NCBI GenBank assembly: GCA_003518365.1
Contig: DOYU01000021.1
Span: 492-64,491, forward strand
Origin: Candidatus Magasanikiibacteriota bacterium
GTDB lineage: Bacteria > Patescibacteriota > Patescibacteriia > Magasanikbacterales > UBA922
Direction of reading: 5' to 3'
DNA length: 64,000 bases
Shown here: in pieces, positions 35,156-44,916 of the stretch
How the letters are laid out: each line of letters begins with the position of its first letter
Numbering within the stretch: position 1 is the first letter of the stretch
Position numbers and translations under genes: made by a program
The notes under the pieces: model-generated
Database searches by the model: none
Seen by the model: only the letters and a program-made list of their open reading frames with translations
What the model was told of the DNA's origin: nothing

Positions 35156-35923
35156 ATGAAAAGAAAAAAAATCGTCCTCAAACTTGGCACATCGACCCTC
35201 ACAGCAGGCAGCACCCATATCTCGTATGGAAAACTGGAAGACATTGCAAGACAACTACTCGCCTTGCGTGACACGTATGATATTATCGTTGTTTCTTCTG
35301 GTGCGATCGCCACAGCAAAACAATTTGTGTCTCTCTCCGGCAATGGCAACACCGTTGAATTGAAGCAGGCACTCTCAGCGATTGGCCAGCCAAAATTGAT
35401 GAGTATGTATGACGAAGTGTTTGAAAAGTTTGGCTTACACATGGCGCAGTGTCTGCTCACAAATCGCGATATTGACCACGATGTCTCACGAACAAACATA
35501 AAAAATACGCTTGATGTGTTGCTTGCAAATGGATACACACCTATCATCAATGAAAATGATACAGTCGCCATCGAAGAAATTATGTTTGGTGACAACGATG
35601 CACTTGCTGCACACGTGGCCGTGATCGCCGAGGCAGACTTGGTCGTGCTTGCATCAGACGTGGATGGCTTGTATGATCGAAATATACACATAGATAAAGA
35701 TGCCATCCTTATCACCGAGGTGTCAGATTTGCAATCTGTCGAATCATACATTGGAGAAAGTACGACAACACTCGGCACCGGTGGCATGAGATCAAAATTA
35801 AAATCAGTTGAAATTTGTAGAAACGCGGGCATTGAAGTCTGGATTGTGAACGGTCAAAAACAAAACTTTCTTGTCGATGCACTCGAACATAAGATTCAAT
35901 TCACTACATTTACCACCACCTAA
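35156..35923 (+). CDS. proB: Glutamate 5-kinase (short form, no PUA domain)
   Basis: IVLKLGTSTLT, VSSGAIA, INENDTVA, GDNDALAA and GTGGMRSKL. Confidence 0.9.
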   Translation: MKRKKIVLKLGTSTLTAGSTHISYGKLEDIARQLLALRDTYDIIVVSSGAIATAKQFVSLSGNGNTVELKQALSAIGQPKLMSMYDEVFEKFGLHMAQCLLTNRDIDHDVSRTNIKNTLDVLLANGYTPIINENDTVAIEEIMFGDNDALAAHVAVIAEADLVVLASDVDGLYDRNIHIDKDAILITEVSDLQSVESYIGESTTTLGTGGMRSKLKSVEICRNAGIEVWIVNGQKQNFLVDALEHKIQFTTFTTT

Positions 35924-35924
35924 T

Positions 35925-36692
35925 ATGAAACATGGATTTATTGGATTTGGGAATATTGCGCACGCCCTCCATGCAGGATTGCAAAAAAATCAAGACAACA
36001 CATTCAAATATATCTCAAAGAGTACGCCAAACGAGAATCTCGATGCGGCAAAGAATATTGGTGACCTCGCAGAATGGGCAGATGTGATTTGGCTTTGCGT
36101 GAAACCACAACAAGCAGCCGAGGTTCTCTCTGAACTGCGCGGCGCAGATCTCTCAAACACGATCGTTGTCTCCCCTATTGCCGGAGTAAAGATCTCAACA
36201 CTGCAAGAAACACTCGGCACAGATATGCCTCTTGTCAGAATTATGCCAAATCTTGCCTTGCAGTACGGACATTCTGTCACTGCGTTTTGTGCGAGTGAGA
36301 TGGATGATGATGTGAAAAAAGTGTACGTTGCACTCGAAACCATGGGCATTGTATTGCATCTGACTGAAGACAAATTTGATCTGTTCACTGCCCTGTTTGG
36401 CAGTGGCCCAGCATTTTTGCTCCGCGTGTTGAACGTCTTTCAAGAGCAAGCCATTGTCTTGGGAATTTCTGAGCAAGAAGCTGCATCACTGGTATTAACA
36501 TTACTGAAAGGGACTACTGCATATCTAGGTGAAAACAAAGAGCAAAGTATCACAGAACTCATTGCACAAGTCGCAAGTAAAGGCGGCGTGACAGAAGCTG
36601 GATTGCACTATTTTGATGACCATCATATAGCGCAGTCATTTCAAGATATGATCTCAATTGCAAAGGAACAATCTGCACGTCTGGGGACGTAA
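35925..36692 (+). CDS. proC: Pyrroline-5-carboxylate reductase
   Basis: FIGFGNIAHAL Rossmann motif, CVKPQ, GSGPAF and ASKGGVTEAG. Start set at ATG 35925. Confidence 0.88.
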   Translation: MKHGFIGFGNIAHALHAGLQKNQDNTFKYISKSTPNENLDAAKNIGDLAEWADVIWLCVKPQQAAEVLSELRGADLSNTIVVSPIAGVKISTLQETLGTDMPLVRIMPNLALQYGHSVTAFCASEMDDDVKKVYVALETMGIVLHLTEDKFDLFTALFGSGPAFLLRVLNVFQEQAIVLGISEQEAASLVLTLLKGTTAYLGENKEQSITELIAQVASKGGVTEAGLHYFDDHHIAQSFQDMISIAKEQSARLGT

Positions 36693-36758
36693 TACATTAC
36701 CATTCTTTTGTCATGAACGACAAAGTGGTATATCATACGACATACATACACTATCACT

Positions 36759-37283
36759 ATGGCTGCAACGCAGGGAGATATCGAACAACTCTTCATGACA
36801 CTCTACGACACGTATCAAGATGCGATTTTTCGGCATTGCTATTTTCGTGTCTATCATCGAGAGATTGCAAAAGAGCTTGCGCAAGAAGCATTCATGAAGG
36901 TCTGGAACTATCTGCAAAAAGGAAATACACTCGAACACCCCAAAGCATTTCTCTATAAAATAGCGACAAACACAGTCATCGACTACCGGCGACGAAAAAA
37001 AGAACAATCACTGGAACAACTCCAAGACACAGGATTTCAAATCGCTGATACCGATCGAATGGAAGAAACCGTGGACGGGAATATGGCCATGGCACACCTC
37101 AGAGAAGTCCTCGACACGCTCGAAGACATCTATCGCGAAGCCTTTCTCTTACGCTATATCGAAGGATTGAAACCAAAAGAAATCGCCGTGATGACTGGCG
37201 AAACCGTGAATGTCATCTCAGTAAGAATCACAAGGGCAAAACGTCAGGTACAGCAGAAGATGAAACACATCCCAACGGTATGA
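36759..37283 (+). CDS. ECF-type RNA polymerase sigma-70 family factor
   Basis: Region 2 (YQDAIFRHCYFRV ... AQEAFMKVW) and region 4 HTH (LKPKEIAVMTGETVNVISVRITRAKRQV). Confidence 0.85.
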   Translation: MAATQGDIEQLFMTLYDTYQDAIFRHCYFRVYHREIAKELAQEAFMKVWNYLQKGNTLEHPKAFLYKIATNTVIDYRRRKKEQSLEQLQDTGFQIADTDRMEETVDGNMAMAHLREVLDTLEDIYREAFLLRYIEGLKPKEIAVMTGETVNVISVRITRAKRQVQQKMKHIPTV

Positions 37284-38626
37284 AAAAGCTACACAAACAA
37301 TTGAACCATGTCAGATTGACAAAGCAAGAATCGGCAGATATGCGTGGTGAGATGTTGTCATACATGAAAGAACACCCAGCAGCGGTAAGTCCTGTAAGAA
37401 AATCTGATCCTATCCGACATAGTATGGGTATAGGGAAACACTTCCCTATACGCTTACTCGTAACACACAATCGTATGTTTGCAGGAATCTTACTTGCCAT
37501 TGTGGCAGCACTCAGTGGAGGGACCGTATTTGCAGCACAAGGAGCATTGCCAGGAGATATGCTGTACCCAATAAAAGTGAACGTCAACGAAGAAGTACGT
37601 GGTGCCTTCACATTGAATACAGAAGCAAAAGTCGCATGGGAGACTACCCTTGCAGAACGTAGATCACACGAAGCAGCAACACTTGTGACAGAAGGAACAC
37701 TTGACGAAGACGTCGCAGCAGACCTTTCAGCCAGGCTCGCAACACATCTTGACAAAGCCGAATCGCTCATGGCAGAGCTGGAAGCAAAAGGAAATCTGGA
37801 AGCCGCTGCCAATGCCCAAAGTAGACTGGAAGCGTTATTGAACGTCCAACAACGCATCTTCCAATCACTTGAAGATGACGCAACCGCTGACACAGAAGAC
37901 AACACCACTACAAGCACTACAACCACAACAACGTCAACAGATACTGACGACGAGGATGATGATACAAATGATGACAATCGAAAAAATGTGTCATCAATCA
38001 CCCATATCCTCGACGCACTCGAACATAAAGCTGATGTTCAAGAACGGGTGAGAGCAGACTACGCAGACAAACTTGAGGAAAAAGATGAAGACGACCGAGC
38101 TCGTACGCTCGCTCAAACAAAACAAGTCACTGAAACAAAAATTGCAACCACAGAAAAAATCCTTCTCGCATTTGAAGAAAAAAATGGCGCACGAACAGAA
38201 GCACACACAGCATTTAACGCAGCTGTCAAGGTAAAACAAGAAGCTGATCAAAAACTTCTTGCAAAAGAATACGGCGATGCATTTGAACTCTATCACAAGG
38301 CGCAAACCATGCTTGATCGCGTTCATCTCTTCTTACGCACTTCAGCCGCTATTGGGATTGATCTCCAGATAGACACTGATCGTGATGACGACGGGGACGA
38401 CGACCGAAATCGATCAGACGAAAAACGTGAAGATGTGAATGATGAAGATACAGACGACGAGCAAAATGCTGATGATGCAGACGAGAAAGAAGATGAAGAG
38501 AAAAATGATGATGATACTGATGAAGATGACGCACTCAATATTGAGATAGAAACCGACGCACTTCTCGATATTGACGACAAAGAGACACGCAGCGAATCAA
38601 AGAGTCGCGTGAACATTGGATTGTAA
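37280..38626 (+). CDS. Single-pass membrane protein (DUF5667-like, putative anti-sigma partner) with an extremely acidic C-terminal tail
   Basis: Overlaps the sigma gene by ATGA. One TM segment (MFAGILLAIVAALSGGTVFA), then GDMLYPIKVNVNEEVR and helical repeats. The last roughly 90 aa are Asp/Glu-rich. Confidence 0.6.
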   Translation: MKKLHKQLNHVRLTKQESADMRGEMLSYMKEHPAAVSPVRKSDPIRHSMGIGKHFPIRLLVTHNRMFAGILLAIVAALSGGTVFAAQGALPGDMLYPIKVNVNEEVRGAFTLNTEAKVAWETTLAERRSHEAATLVTEGTLDEDVAADLSARLATHLDKAESLMAELEAKGNLEAAANAQSRLEALLNVQQRIFQSLEDDATADTEDNTTTSTTTTTTSTDTDDEDDDTNDDNRKNVSSITHILDALEHKADVQERVRADYADKLEEKDEDDRARTLAQTKQVTETKIATTEKILLAFEEKNGARTEAHTAFNAAVKVKQEADQKLLAKEYGDAFELYHKAQTMLDRVHLFLRTSAAIGIDLQIDTDRDDDGDDDRNRSDEKREDVNDEDTDDEQNADDADEKEDEEKNDDDTDEDDALNIEIETDALLDIDDKETRSESKSRVNIGL

Positions 38627-38729
38627 ATAACAATTTTTACATGATAAACCACTTGCATTCATGCTGGTGGTTTATATTTACGCTCGTTCTAATTCTATGG
38701 ATGCTTTTGATAACGGCTACAAGTAAACA

Positions 38730-38860
38730 AAGGGTTTTGAGGGGGAAGCTGTTCGAGCCTCATCGCTTGTCAATGAGTACTTTATTAGCGCCGACACAGG
38801 CGAGTTCTTCCCCCCAACACTTTTTGTTACTTTTTGGTGACAAAAAGTAAGGAAAGAAGT
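38730..38860 (+). repeat. Copy 1 of a roughly 130-nt structured intergenic repeat
   Basis: Aligns over its full length with 54781-54912. Contains GGGGGAAG...CTTCCCCC outer complementarity and a perfect hairpin TTACTTTTTG-gtga-CAAAAAGTAA, and ends in GGTGACAAAAAGTAAGG. Confidence 0.7.
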
Positions 38861-39001
38861 GACTTACAGTGGGTGACCTAAAAATTTGTTTACAGAATAG
38901 ACTCTCATATACTGAATGACGTTCAAACGTGCAGCATGTTACTTTCTCACGATTCTATCGTATACTATAGTAGAAGCATACAAAAAGATATCTTTTTCCC
39001 C

Positions 39002-39571
39002 ATGAACAACACACATATACAGCGTTGGGCCGATGCCGCATCACACGGAGATCGTGAAGCTTTTGGTCGTCTCTATGATCTGTATATCAAAGAGATCTAT
39101 CGCTTTGTCTATTACAAAACACATCACACACAAACGGCAGAAGATTTGACTGCAGATATTTTTGTCAAAGCAATCAAAAATATTTCCTCATATGTTCACA
39201 CCCACGGATCCTTTCGCACATGGCTCTATACCATCACGCGAAGTGCAGTCATCGATCACTATCGGACACAAAAACATGATTCGCCCATAGAAGATGCATG
39301 GGACATCGTGCCAACAAAAGATACCACACAACAAATCCATGCACGCATAGAGATAGATCAGCTCAAACCGTATCTGGCACAATTGTCATCAGAACAGCGA
39401 GATATTCTTGTTCTCAGGCTATGGCAAGCAAAAAGCTATAAAGAAATAGCAGACATCCTCGGCAAAAGTGAAGCAAGCTGCAAAATGGCATTCTCCAGAT
39501 CTCTCAAAACACTTCGTGACAACATGCCCCTTCATCTCTTCCTCATGTTTCTTACCACTCCATTCTTATGA
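39002..39571 (+). CDS. ECF-type RNA polymerase sigma-70 family factor
   Basis: REAFGRLYDLYIKEIYRFVYYK (region 2) and YKEIADILGKSEASCKMAFSRSLKTL (region 4). Start set at ATG 39002. Confidence 0.85.
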   Translation: MNNTHIQRWADAASHGDREAFGRLYDLYIKEIYRFVYYKTHHTQTAEDLTADIFVKAIKNISSYVHTHGSFRTWLYTITRSAVIDHYRTQKHDSPIEDAWDIVPTKDTTQQIHARIEIDQLKPYLAQLSSEQRDILVLRLWQAKSYKEIADILGKSEASCKMAFSRSLKTLRDNMPLHLFLMFLTTPFL

Positions 39572-41067
39572 AAAAAATACATACATTTCTCAAAGAACTC
39601 TACGCCATCGATCCAACGCTGAAAGCGCATGAAACAGAACTCATCATACTCCTCACGCGCATGCTCGAACAAAAACCAGACGTACATATCGACGACGCAT
39701 TTGTATCCTCACTTCGAAAACGACTTGTGGGGACACCGGTACCGTCATCACCTTCATTCTTCACGCATCTTTTTATGAACAAACAACCAGCCTTCATTGC
39801 AACAGGTGCAGTCCTCTCGCTCGCGTTGCTCGTGGGTGTCTATCACTATGGCACGACACGTACAGGCATGATCTCAGGAGGCCAATTTGCTTCGATCTTT
39901 TCACCAAATGAGGTCGTCCACAGAAATGCAGGAGCCTTTGGTGTGCTCTCGTCAACAGAAAGCGCTGCCGCACCGACAGCAGAATCAGTCTCCTTTGATA
40001 CCAGTATGCTCAGCAGCCGTATGCCAGCAGATACGGTGGTCGGCATGGGTGGCGATGGCGTGGATGCAAAGATGATGATCGCGCCAGCACCATACCGCTA
40101 CACATACACGTATACTGGCGAGCCGCTCGAGCTCACTGACACCACGCTCCCAGTCTATCGACGCATCGTGCCAACGAATGCATCACAGGCACTCGGTACA
40201 CAACTCAGCAATGTCGGCACAGGTCTTGTCGATTTGTCCTCATTTGGCACACTGCATGCAGAAACGATTTCTATCTATGACAACGAATATCGTATCACTA
40301 TCGATATTGCCAATGGGCAAGCAAGTATTTATGAAAATTACGACAATCGACAGGACATCTATCGTGAAGCCACAGAAGCAGACATGTTGCCAGAACAACA
40401 ATTGATCGACATCGCAGATGCATTTTTACGCGCACACAATATCAGCACAGCGGGTTATGGCACACCAGTCGTAGATATGCAGTGGAAAACAGTGCAAGCA
40501 AAGCAAGAAACTGCTGATGCAGCATACCAGACGTATATTCCAAATATCATCACGATCATCTATCCATTCCAGCTCGAAGATCATACTGCGCATGACTATA
40601 GCGGATTGCCAGAGGGCATGCGTGTGAATGTCGACATCTTCACAAAAAAAGTAAATAATGTCTCAAATCTCATGGCAGGAGGATTTGAAGCATCAGACTA
40701 CGATGTGACGACAGACAGTAGCCGCGTGATCTCACTTGCAGAGCAAGGTGGACTCAACATGTATCCATGGTATGCAGAAGAGTCAGAAGAACGAATCCTC
40801 GAGCTCGGCACGCCAACGCTCGTCTATATCCAGCACTACTTGCCACAGGAAGGCAATGCACGTTCGTACGAAGTGTTTATCCCTGCACTCCAATTCCCTG
40901 TACAAAATATCCCAACAGATGAACCATTCTACAGCTCACGCATTATCACGATCCCGCTGGTCACCAATATTCTCGATGAAGAAAGAGACCGCCCGATCCC
41001 TACAGAACCACCGATCCTCCTGATGAAAGATGGTGCAGAGCCGGCAGTGGAACCTGCGGTAAGATAA
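39568..41067 (+). CDS. Single-pass membrane protein, putative anti-sigma partner or extracytoplasmic sensor
   Basis: Overlaps the sigma gene by ATGA. Cytoplasmic N-terminus, one TM segment (PAFIATGAVLSLALLVGVYHY), and a roughly 400-aa external domain with no recognisable family. Confidence 0.55.
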   Translation: MKKIHTFLKELYAIDPTLKAHETELIILLTRMLEQKPDVHIDDAFVSSLRKRLVGTPVPSSPSFFTHLFMNKQPAFIATGAVLSLALLVGVYHYGTTRTGMISGGQFASIFSPNEVVHRNAGAFGVLSSTESAAAPTAESVSFDTSMLSSRMPADTVVGMGGDGVDAKMMIAPAPYRYTYTYTGEPLELTDTTLPVYRRIVPTNASQALGTQLSNVGTGLVDLSSFGTLHAETISIYDNEYRITIDIANGQASIYENYDNRQDIYREATEADMLPEQQLIDIADAFLRAHNISTAGYGTPVVDMQWKTVQAKQETADAAYQTYIPNIITIIYPFQLEDHTAHDYSGLPEGMRVNVDIFTKKVNNVSNLMAGGFEASDYDVTTDSSRVISLAEQGGLNMYPWYAEESEERILELGTPTLVYIQHYLPQEGNARSYEVFIPALQFPVQNIPTDEPFYSSRIITIPLVTNILDEERDRPIPTEPPILLMKDGAEPAVEPAVR

Positions 41068-41082
41068 CAATTTATTTCAACA

Positions 41083-41160
41083 AAAAAGCCACTCACTTCC
41101 CCCCTGTACTGATGCTGAGAATCTCAGAAGCAATACAGGATGTGTGAGTGGCTTTTGTTG
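41083..41160. terminator. Long nested hairpin between convergent genes (bidirectional terminator candidate)
   Basis: AAAAGCCACTCAC (41085-41097) pairs with GTGAGTGGCTTTT (41144-41156). Inner stems are CCTGTA/TACAGG and CTGAGA/TCTCAG. Confidence 0.6.
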
Positions 41161-41210
41161 TACCGCCCACGCATCCCGTTGTCAGGGTTGGGGCGTGGGT
41201 GGAGCAGAGG

Positions 41211-42287
41211 CTACGCGAAGCCACGAACCTTCAGCTCGTGTCGAACCTGGTCTCCTACCAAGATCGGTGGGTAGAGGCTATCAATCGCAGCCAGGTGGTC
41301 CTCATTGAGGCCTTCCAAGAACATCGGTAATGGGCGAAGCATGTGATCCGATCGGAAATGAACAAAGAATGTGGACGACACACTGACCAACGGCCATCCC
41401 TCTTGTTCGGAATACTCCATCGCTTTAATGGTCTCTGGTAGGGAGACAACCTCGCTGAAGCTTGCCAAAAGCTTACCCCCGGTAAGCCACTCGAGCTGCT
41501 GTCCGACCTGCACGAGGAGCCAGCCATCAGGCACACAAACCTTCTTCGGCTGTCCGTCGGGGCCCCAGATAATGAGCCCTGGAAACCGAGACTTGCCGTG
41601 GATCGTCAATGCGTTCAAATCCGTATTGAAGGCATTGATGATCGTGTCCTTCTTGCCATGTTCTCGAAGGTTCACACCACTCGGAACCAGGAGATGTGGG
41701 GCTTTTTTCAACAAACGAGAGAAGGTATCACGTTTGAGCCCCTGTGCCAGCGCAAGCATTTCACAGACCGTACGAGCGGTCTCCAGCATCTTCTCTCCCA
41801 ATGCGTCCATCGTGCTGGCCCACTCATTCTTGAATCCGCTCGGGATTACCCGATCAGCGGCGTTCTGCACAGGAAAGGCGGTGGACGCCGGACGCTCACC
41901 AATAGGCCAGGAAAAACGCTCTCCCGGATCTCCCTTACAGTTGCAGGGCGTCACATAAGGGCGATATTCAGGCGGCATGCGGGCGATGAAACCACGATAA
42001 TCAGGAGGGCGCTCAATGTACGGTGGAGAAACTCCCACATGATAGCCCAGATCCGGTCGTTGATCATGGACCCGATCTTTGTAGGGGTTGCCGAAGTAAT
42101 CCTCAAGCATGTTCAGGTATCTTTCGTTGTCACTCGGCAAAATCCGCGGATCGCGCACAAAAACTGCTGAGTGCTGCTTCAACGATTTGAAGAGTCTCCT
42201 GGCCTGCGACATGTCGTGTTTCAATCCCTTCCTGCCTACAAATGTGGACAAGTGGACATATGGAATACCCAACGCCCCGTATCGCAT
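41211..42287 (-). CDS. 2OG-Fe(II) oxygenase superfamily-like protein (IPNS/DIOX_N-like), GC-rich; metal-binding residues appear substituted
   Basis: ATG 42287 is preceded by GAGGTG. N-terminus is IPYVHLS-like. The core LTIHG..FPGLIIW...DGWLLVQVGQQLEWLTGGKL aligns by eye to the jelly-roll consensus (HxD..GLQV....N.Gd.le.wTNg...S..HRV), but it reads NTD and SEV where HxD and HRV are expected. Confidence 0.45.
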   Translation of the reverse strand: MRYGALGIPYVHLSTFVGRKGLKHDMSQARRLFKSLKQHSAVFVRDPRILPSDNERYLNMLEDYFGNPYKDRVHDQRPDLGYHVGVSPPYIERPPDYRGFIARMPPEYRPYVTPCNCKGDPGERFSWPIGERPASTAFPVQNAADRVIPSGFKNEWASTMDALGEKMLETARTVCEMLALAQGLKRDTFSRLLKKAPHLLVPSGVNLREHGKKDTIINAFNTDLNALTIHGKSRFPGLIIWGPDGQPKKVCVPDGWLLVQVGQQLEWLTGGKLLASFSEVVSLPETIKAMEYSEQEGWPLVSVSSTFFVHFRSDHMLRPLPMFLEGLNEDHLAAIDSLYPPILVGDQVRHELKVRGFA

Positions 42288-42471
42288 GATTCACCTCGCT
42301 TTCTCACCAATACGAACATCGTATTGGGAAGTAAAGATACACTACACGACGTATTTCTGACGGTCAAGGTATGGGTTTGGAAGAGTGTTTTTTTGAAAGA
42401 AAATACGTTCGTATACGTACTACGTATATATGAGTACACAGTAGCGTAGATATTTTTTTTTATTACTCGTT

Positions 42472-43065
42472 ATGAACAAACATATTCTCGTTTCATTGTC
42501 TTTTTTATCAGTAGCTCTGGTAATTTCTGGTTGTGGAAATAACACAACTACACCCAATGCTTCTGATACAGGTACAGAGCCAGGTCAAGAACGATTTGGG
42601 AATAATCCAAATGCTCCACAAACTCAGGCTGATATTGTGGGTATTGTGAAATCTATGGTTGGGAATGAAGTGACCATTACTCAAATCGATATGGACAAAA
42701 TGCGTGAGGCAATGGCTGCCAGTAGGCCAGATAGCCAACCTGCAACGGGTGAGGAAGGAAGGAGTAATAATTTTGTCGCAGGAACAGGACCAGGTATGGG
42801 ACCGGGGGGCGGTATGGGTCCTGGTGGTGGTATGGGACCAGATGGTGCCAATATTGATAGTGAAGAAAGAAATCAAGCACTCTCTGACATGATGAAAGAA
42901 TATAGTGCAGGAGACGTAAAAGTAATACTTCCTGTAGGGATTGCGATGAACCGTCGTGGGGAAACAGCAAGTTTAGCTGATGTTGCTGTTGGTGCCAATC
43001 TTTCTATTTGGTTAAATACGTCAGTCAGTGACAAAAAAGTAGCTGAGTATGTAAGTATTAGATAA
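42472..43065 (+). CDS. Lipoprotein with a Gly/Pro/Met repeat (GPGMGPGGGMGPGGGMGP); first gene of a MacAB-like operon
   Basis: Signal peptide and lipobox LVISGC. Confidence 0.65.
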   Translation: MNKHILVSLSFLSVALVISGCGNNTTTPNASDTGTEPGQERFGNNPNAPQTQADIVGIVKSMVGNEVTITQIDMDKMREAMAASRPDSQPATGEEGRSNNFVAGTGPGMGPGGGMGPGGGMGPDGANIDSEERNQALSDMMKEYSAGDVKVILPVGIAMNRRGETASLADVAVGANLSIWLNTSVSDKKVAEYVSIR

Positions 43066-43066
43066 T

Positions 43067-44905
43067 ATGTCTCAAGAAGAATCAATCATTGCTCAAAGCA
43101 AAAAATTTCGTCGTGGAGGATACATACCAAAACTTTTGAAAAATAAAAAAGTACTGATGATAGTGCTTGTTTTGGTAATGACTCTTTCAGGCGGATATTA
43201 TGTGTATTCAAAAATCGCAAAGAACAATGATACCGCTGTTGCTACGAAAAAAACATATACCGTAAAAAAAGGTGATATTCGTATTTCTACCAATGCTGAC
43301 GGCAGTATTGTTGCCAAAGATGGTGTGAGTTTGTCTTTTTCGAGTACAGGTGTCACGATAAAAAATGTATATGTAAAAGAAGGCGATATCGTCAAAAAAG
43401 GTGACAACATTGCAACAGCCGATACAGGTACCCAAAGCATTGATTTGCAATCAGCGTATGCTTCGTATACGTCTGCGAAAGCAAGTTATGAAGAAAAAAT
43501 TGCAGGACCTACAGAAAATGATTTGGCTTCCTACAAAAATTCTGTTGAAAGTGCTCAAGCAAGTCTTGATAAGACGTTGAAACAAAATGAATATGCAATA
43601 CAGAGTGCGGAAAGTTCTCTAGAAACAGCTCTTGCTAATTTGAAATTGTCAGAAGGTGGTGAACAGAGTCAGATAGTACAAGATGCGTACAACGATATAT
43701 ATCTGGATTCACTCAGTGCGGTGACGAATCTGAATGCAGCGCTTACTGCCTCAGATAATATTCTTGGTATTGACAACATATTTGCCAATGATGTTTTTGA
43801 AAATGTATTATCAGTCTTAGATAGTGCGAGCATTTCTCAGGCAAGAAATTCTTATCTTGTTGCAAAACATACGTTGACAACTGCAGAAAATGCCGTTGTG
43901 GTATTGAATGCTTCTTCTCCTCAAGGAGATATGTTGGCGAGTGCCCAATTAGTTCTAGTAGCTATTACCCAAATGCATCAGCATTATTATGATATGCAAG
44001 AAATGCTTGTAGCAACGCTACCCATTGGTGATCTGTCACAAAGCTCCTTAGAGAGTATGCGAAGCAGTGTGAATAGCAAAAAATCATCCATGGTTTCTTT
44101 GCTCAGTTCTTTCAATGCTTCTCTGAAAGCCATAGATACAGCAACATCAAGTTATGATTCATATAAAAGAGCATATGAAAATGCTCTCCAAGCATTGGAA
44201 AAAGCAAAGAGTGATGCTGAGTCTTCTGAAATAAGTGCCAGATTGAGTCTACAAAATGCAGAACAACAGTTGAAAGAGGCATCGGCTCCTTTGACAGAGT
44301 CTGAGCGTAGTTCCGCCAAGAGTAGTCTTGCAAATGCAAGTGCAAGTGTACAAAAACTTCAATATCAAATAGATCAATCTACGCTCAAATCCCCGATTGA
44401 TGGTGAAGTGGTATTGTTGAATGGGAAAACAGGAGACATCATCGTGGATGAAAAAAATTCTCCTTTTGTAACAATTTTGAATAAAGAAACATTTTTTGTT
44501 GAGACAAATATAGAGGAATCTGAAATAAGTAACATCCAAGTTGGTCAAAAAGCTCACATCATTGTTGATGCACTCGATGAAGCAACGCTTGAGGGTACGG
44601 TCAATTTTATTTCCCTTACTTCTGAAAGTGGTACTGGTGGTGTTGTGACGTACCTTGTGCGTGTGTTGCTAGATGATACAGAGTATGTTGATGTGAGAGA
44701 AGGAATGACGGCAGGTGTGGACTTCGTGATTGCGGAATCAAATGATGTCCTGATGGTGCCAGTGCAAGCAGTACAAAATGTAAATGGCAAACCTGCAGTA
44801 ACCATGAACAATGGAGATACCAGAGACGTTGTCACTGGTTTTACAGATGGACAAACAGTGGAGATTATTTCTGGATTAGAAGTTGGAGAACAAGTAACCT
44901 ATTAA
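43067..44905 (+). CDS. Periplasmic adaptor (HlyD/MacA-type membrane fusion protein) with a very long coiled coil
   Basis: N-terminal TM segment, lipoyl-like VKEGDIVKKGDNIA, about 300 aa of coiled coil, and a C-terminal beta-barrel (SPIDGEVVLLNGKTGD). Confidence 0.75.
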   Translation: MSQEESIIAQSKKFRRGGYIPKLLKNKKVLMIVLVLVMTLSGGYYVYSKIAKNNDTAVATKKTYTVKKGDIRISTNADGSIVAKDGVSLSFSSTGVTIKNVYVKEGDIVKKGDNIATADTGTQSIDLQSAYASYTSAKASYEEKIAGPTENDLASYKNSVESAQASLDKTLKQNEYAIQSAESSLETALANLKLSEGGEQSQIVQDAYNDIYLDSLSAVTNLNAALTASDNILGIDNIFANDVFENVLSVLDSASISQARNSYLVAKHTLTTAENAVVVLNASSPQGDMLASAQLVLVAITQMHQHYYDMQEMLVATLPIGDLSQSSLESMRSSVNSKKSSMVSLLSSFNASLKAIDTATSSYDSYKRAYENALQALEKAKSDAESSEISARLSLQNAEQQLKEASAPLTESERSSAKSSLANASASVQKLQYQIDQSTLKSPIDGEVVLLNGKTGDIIVDEKNSPFVTILNKETFFVETNIEESEISNIQVGQKAHIIVDALDEATLEGTVNFISLTSESGTGGVVTYLVRVLLDDTEYVDVREGMTAGVDFVIAESNDVLMVPVQAVQNVNGKPAVTMNNGDTRDVVTGFTDGQTVEIISGLEVGEQVTY

Positions 44906-44916
44906 GACTGAATGGT

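Noticed and set aside
38641-38850. 69-aa ORF MINHLHSCWW... in the ORF track
   Set aside because: It lies across the 130-nt intergenic repeat, whose second copy at 54781-54912 is not in an equivalent ORF. It has no RBS. More likely this is non-coding structured DNA or RNA.
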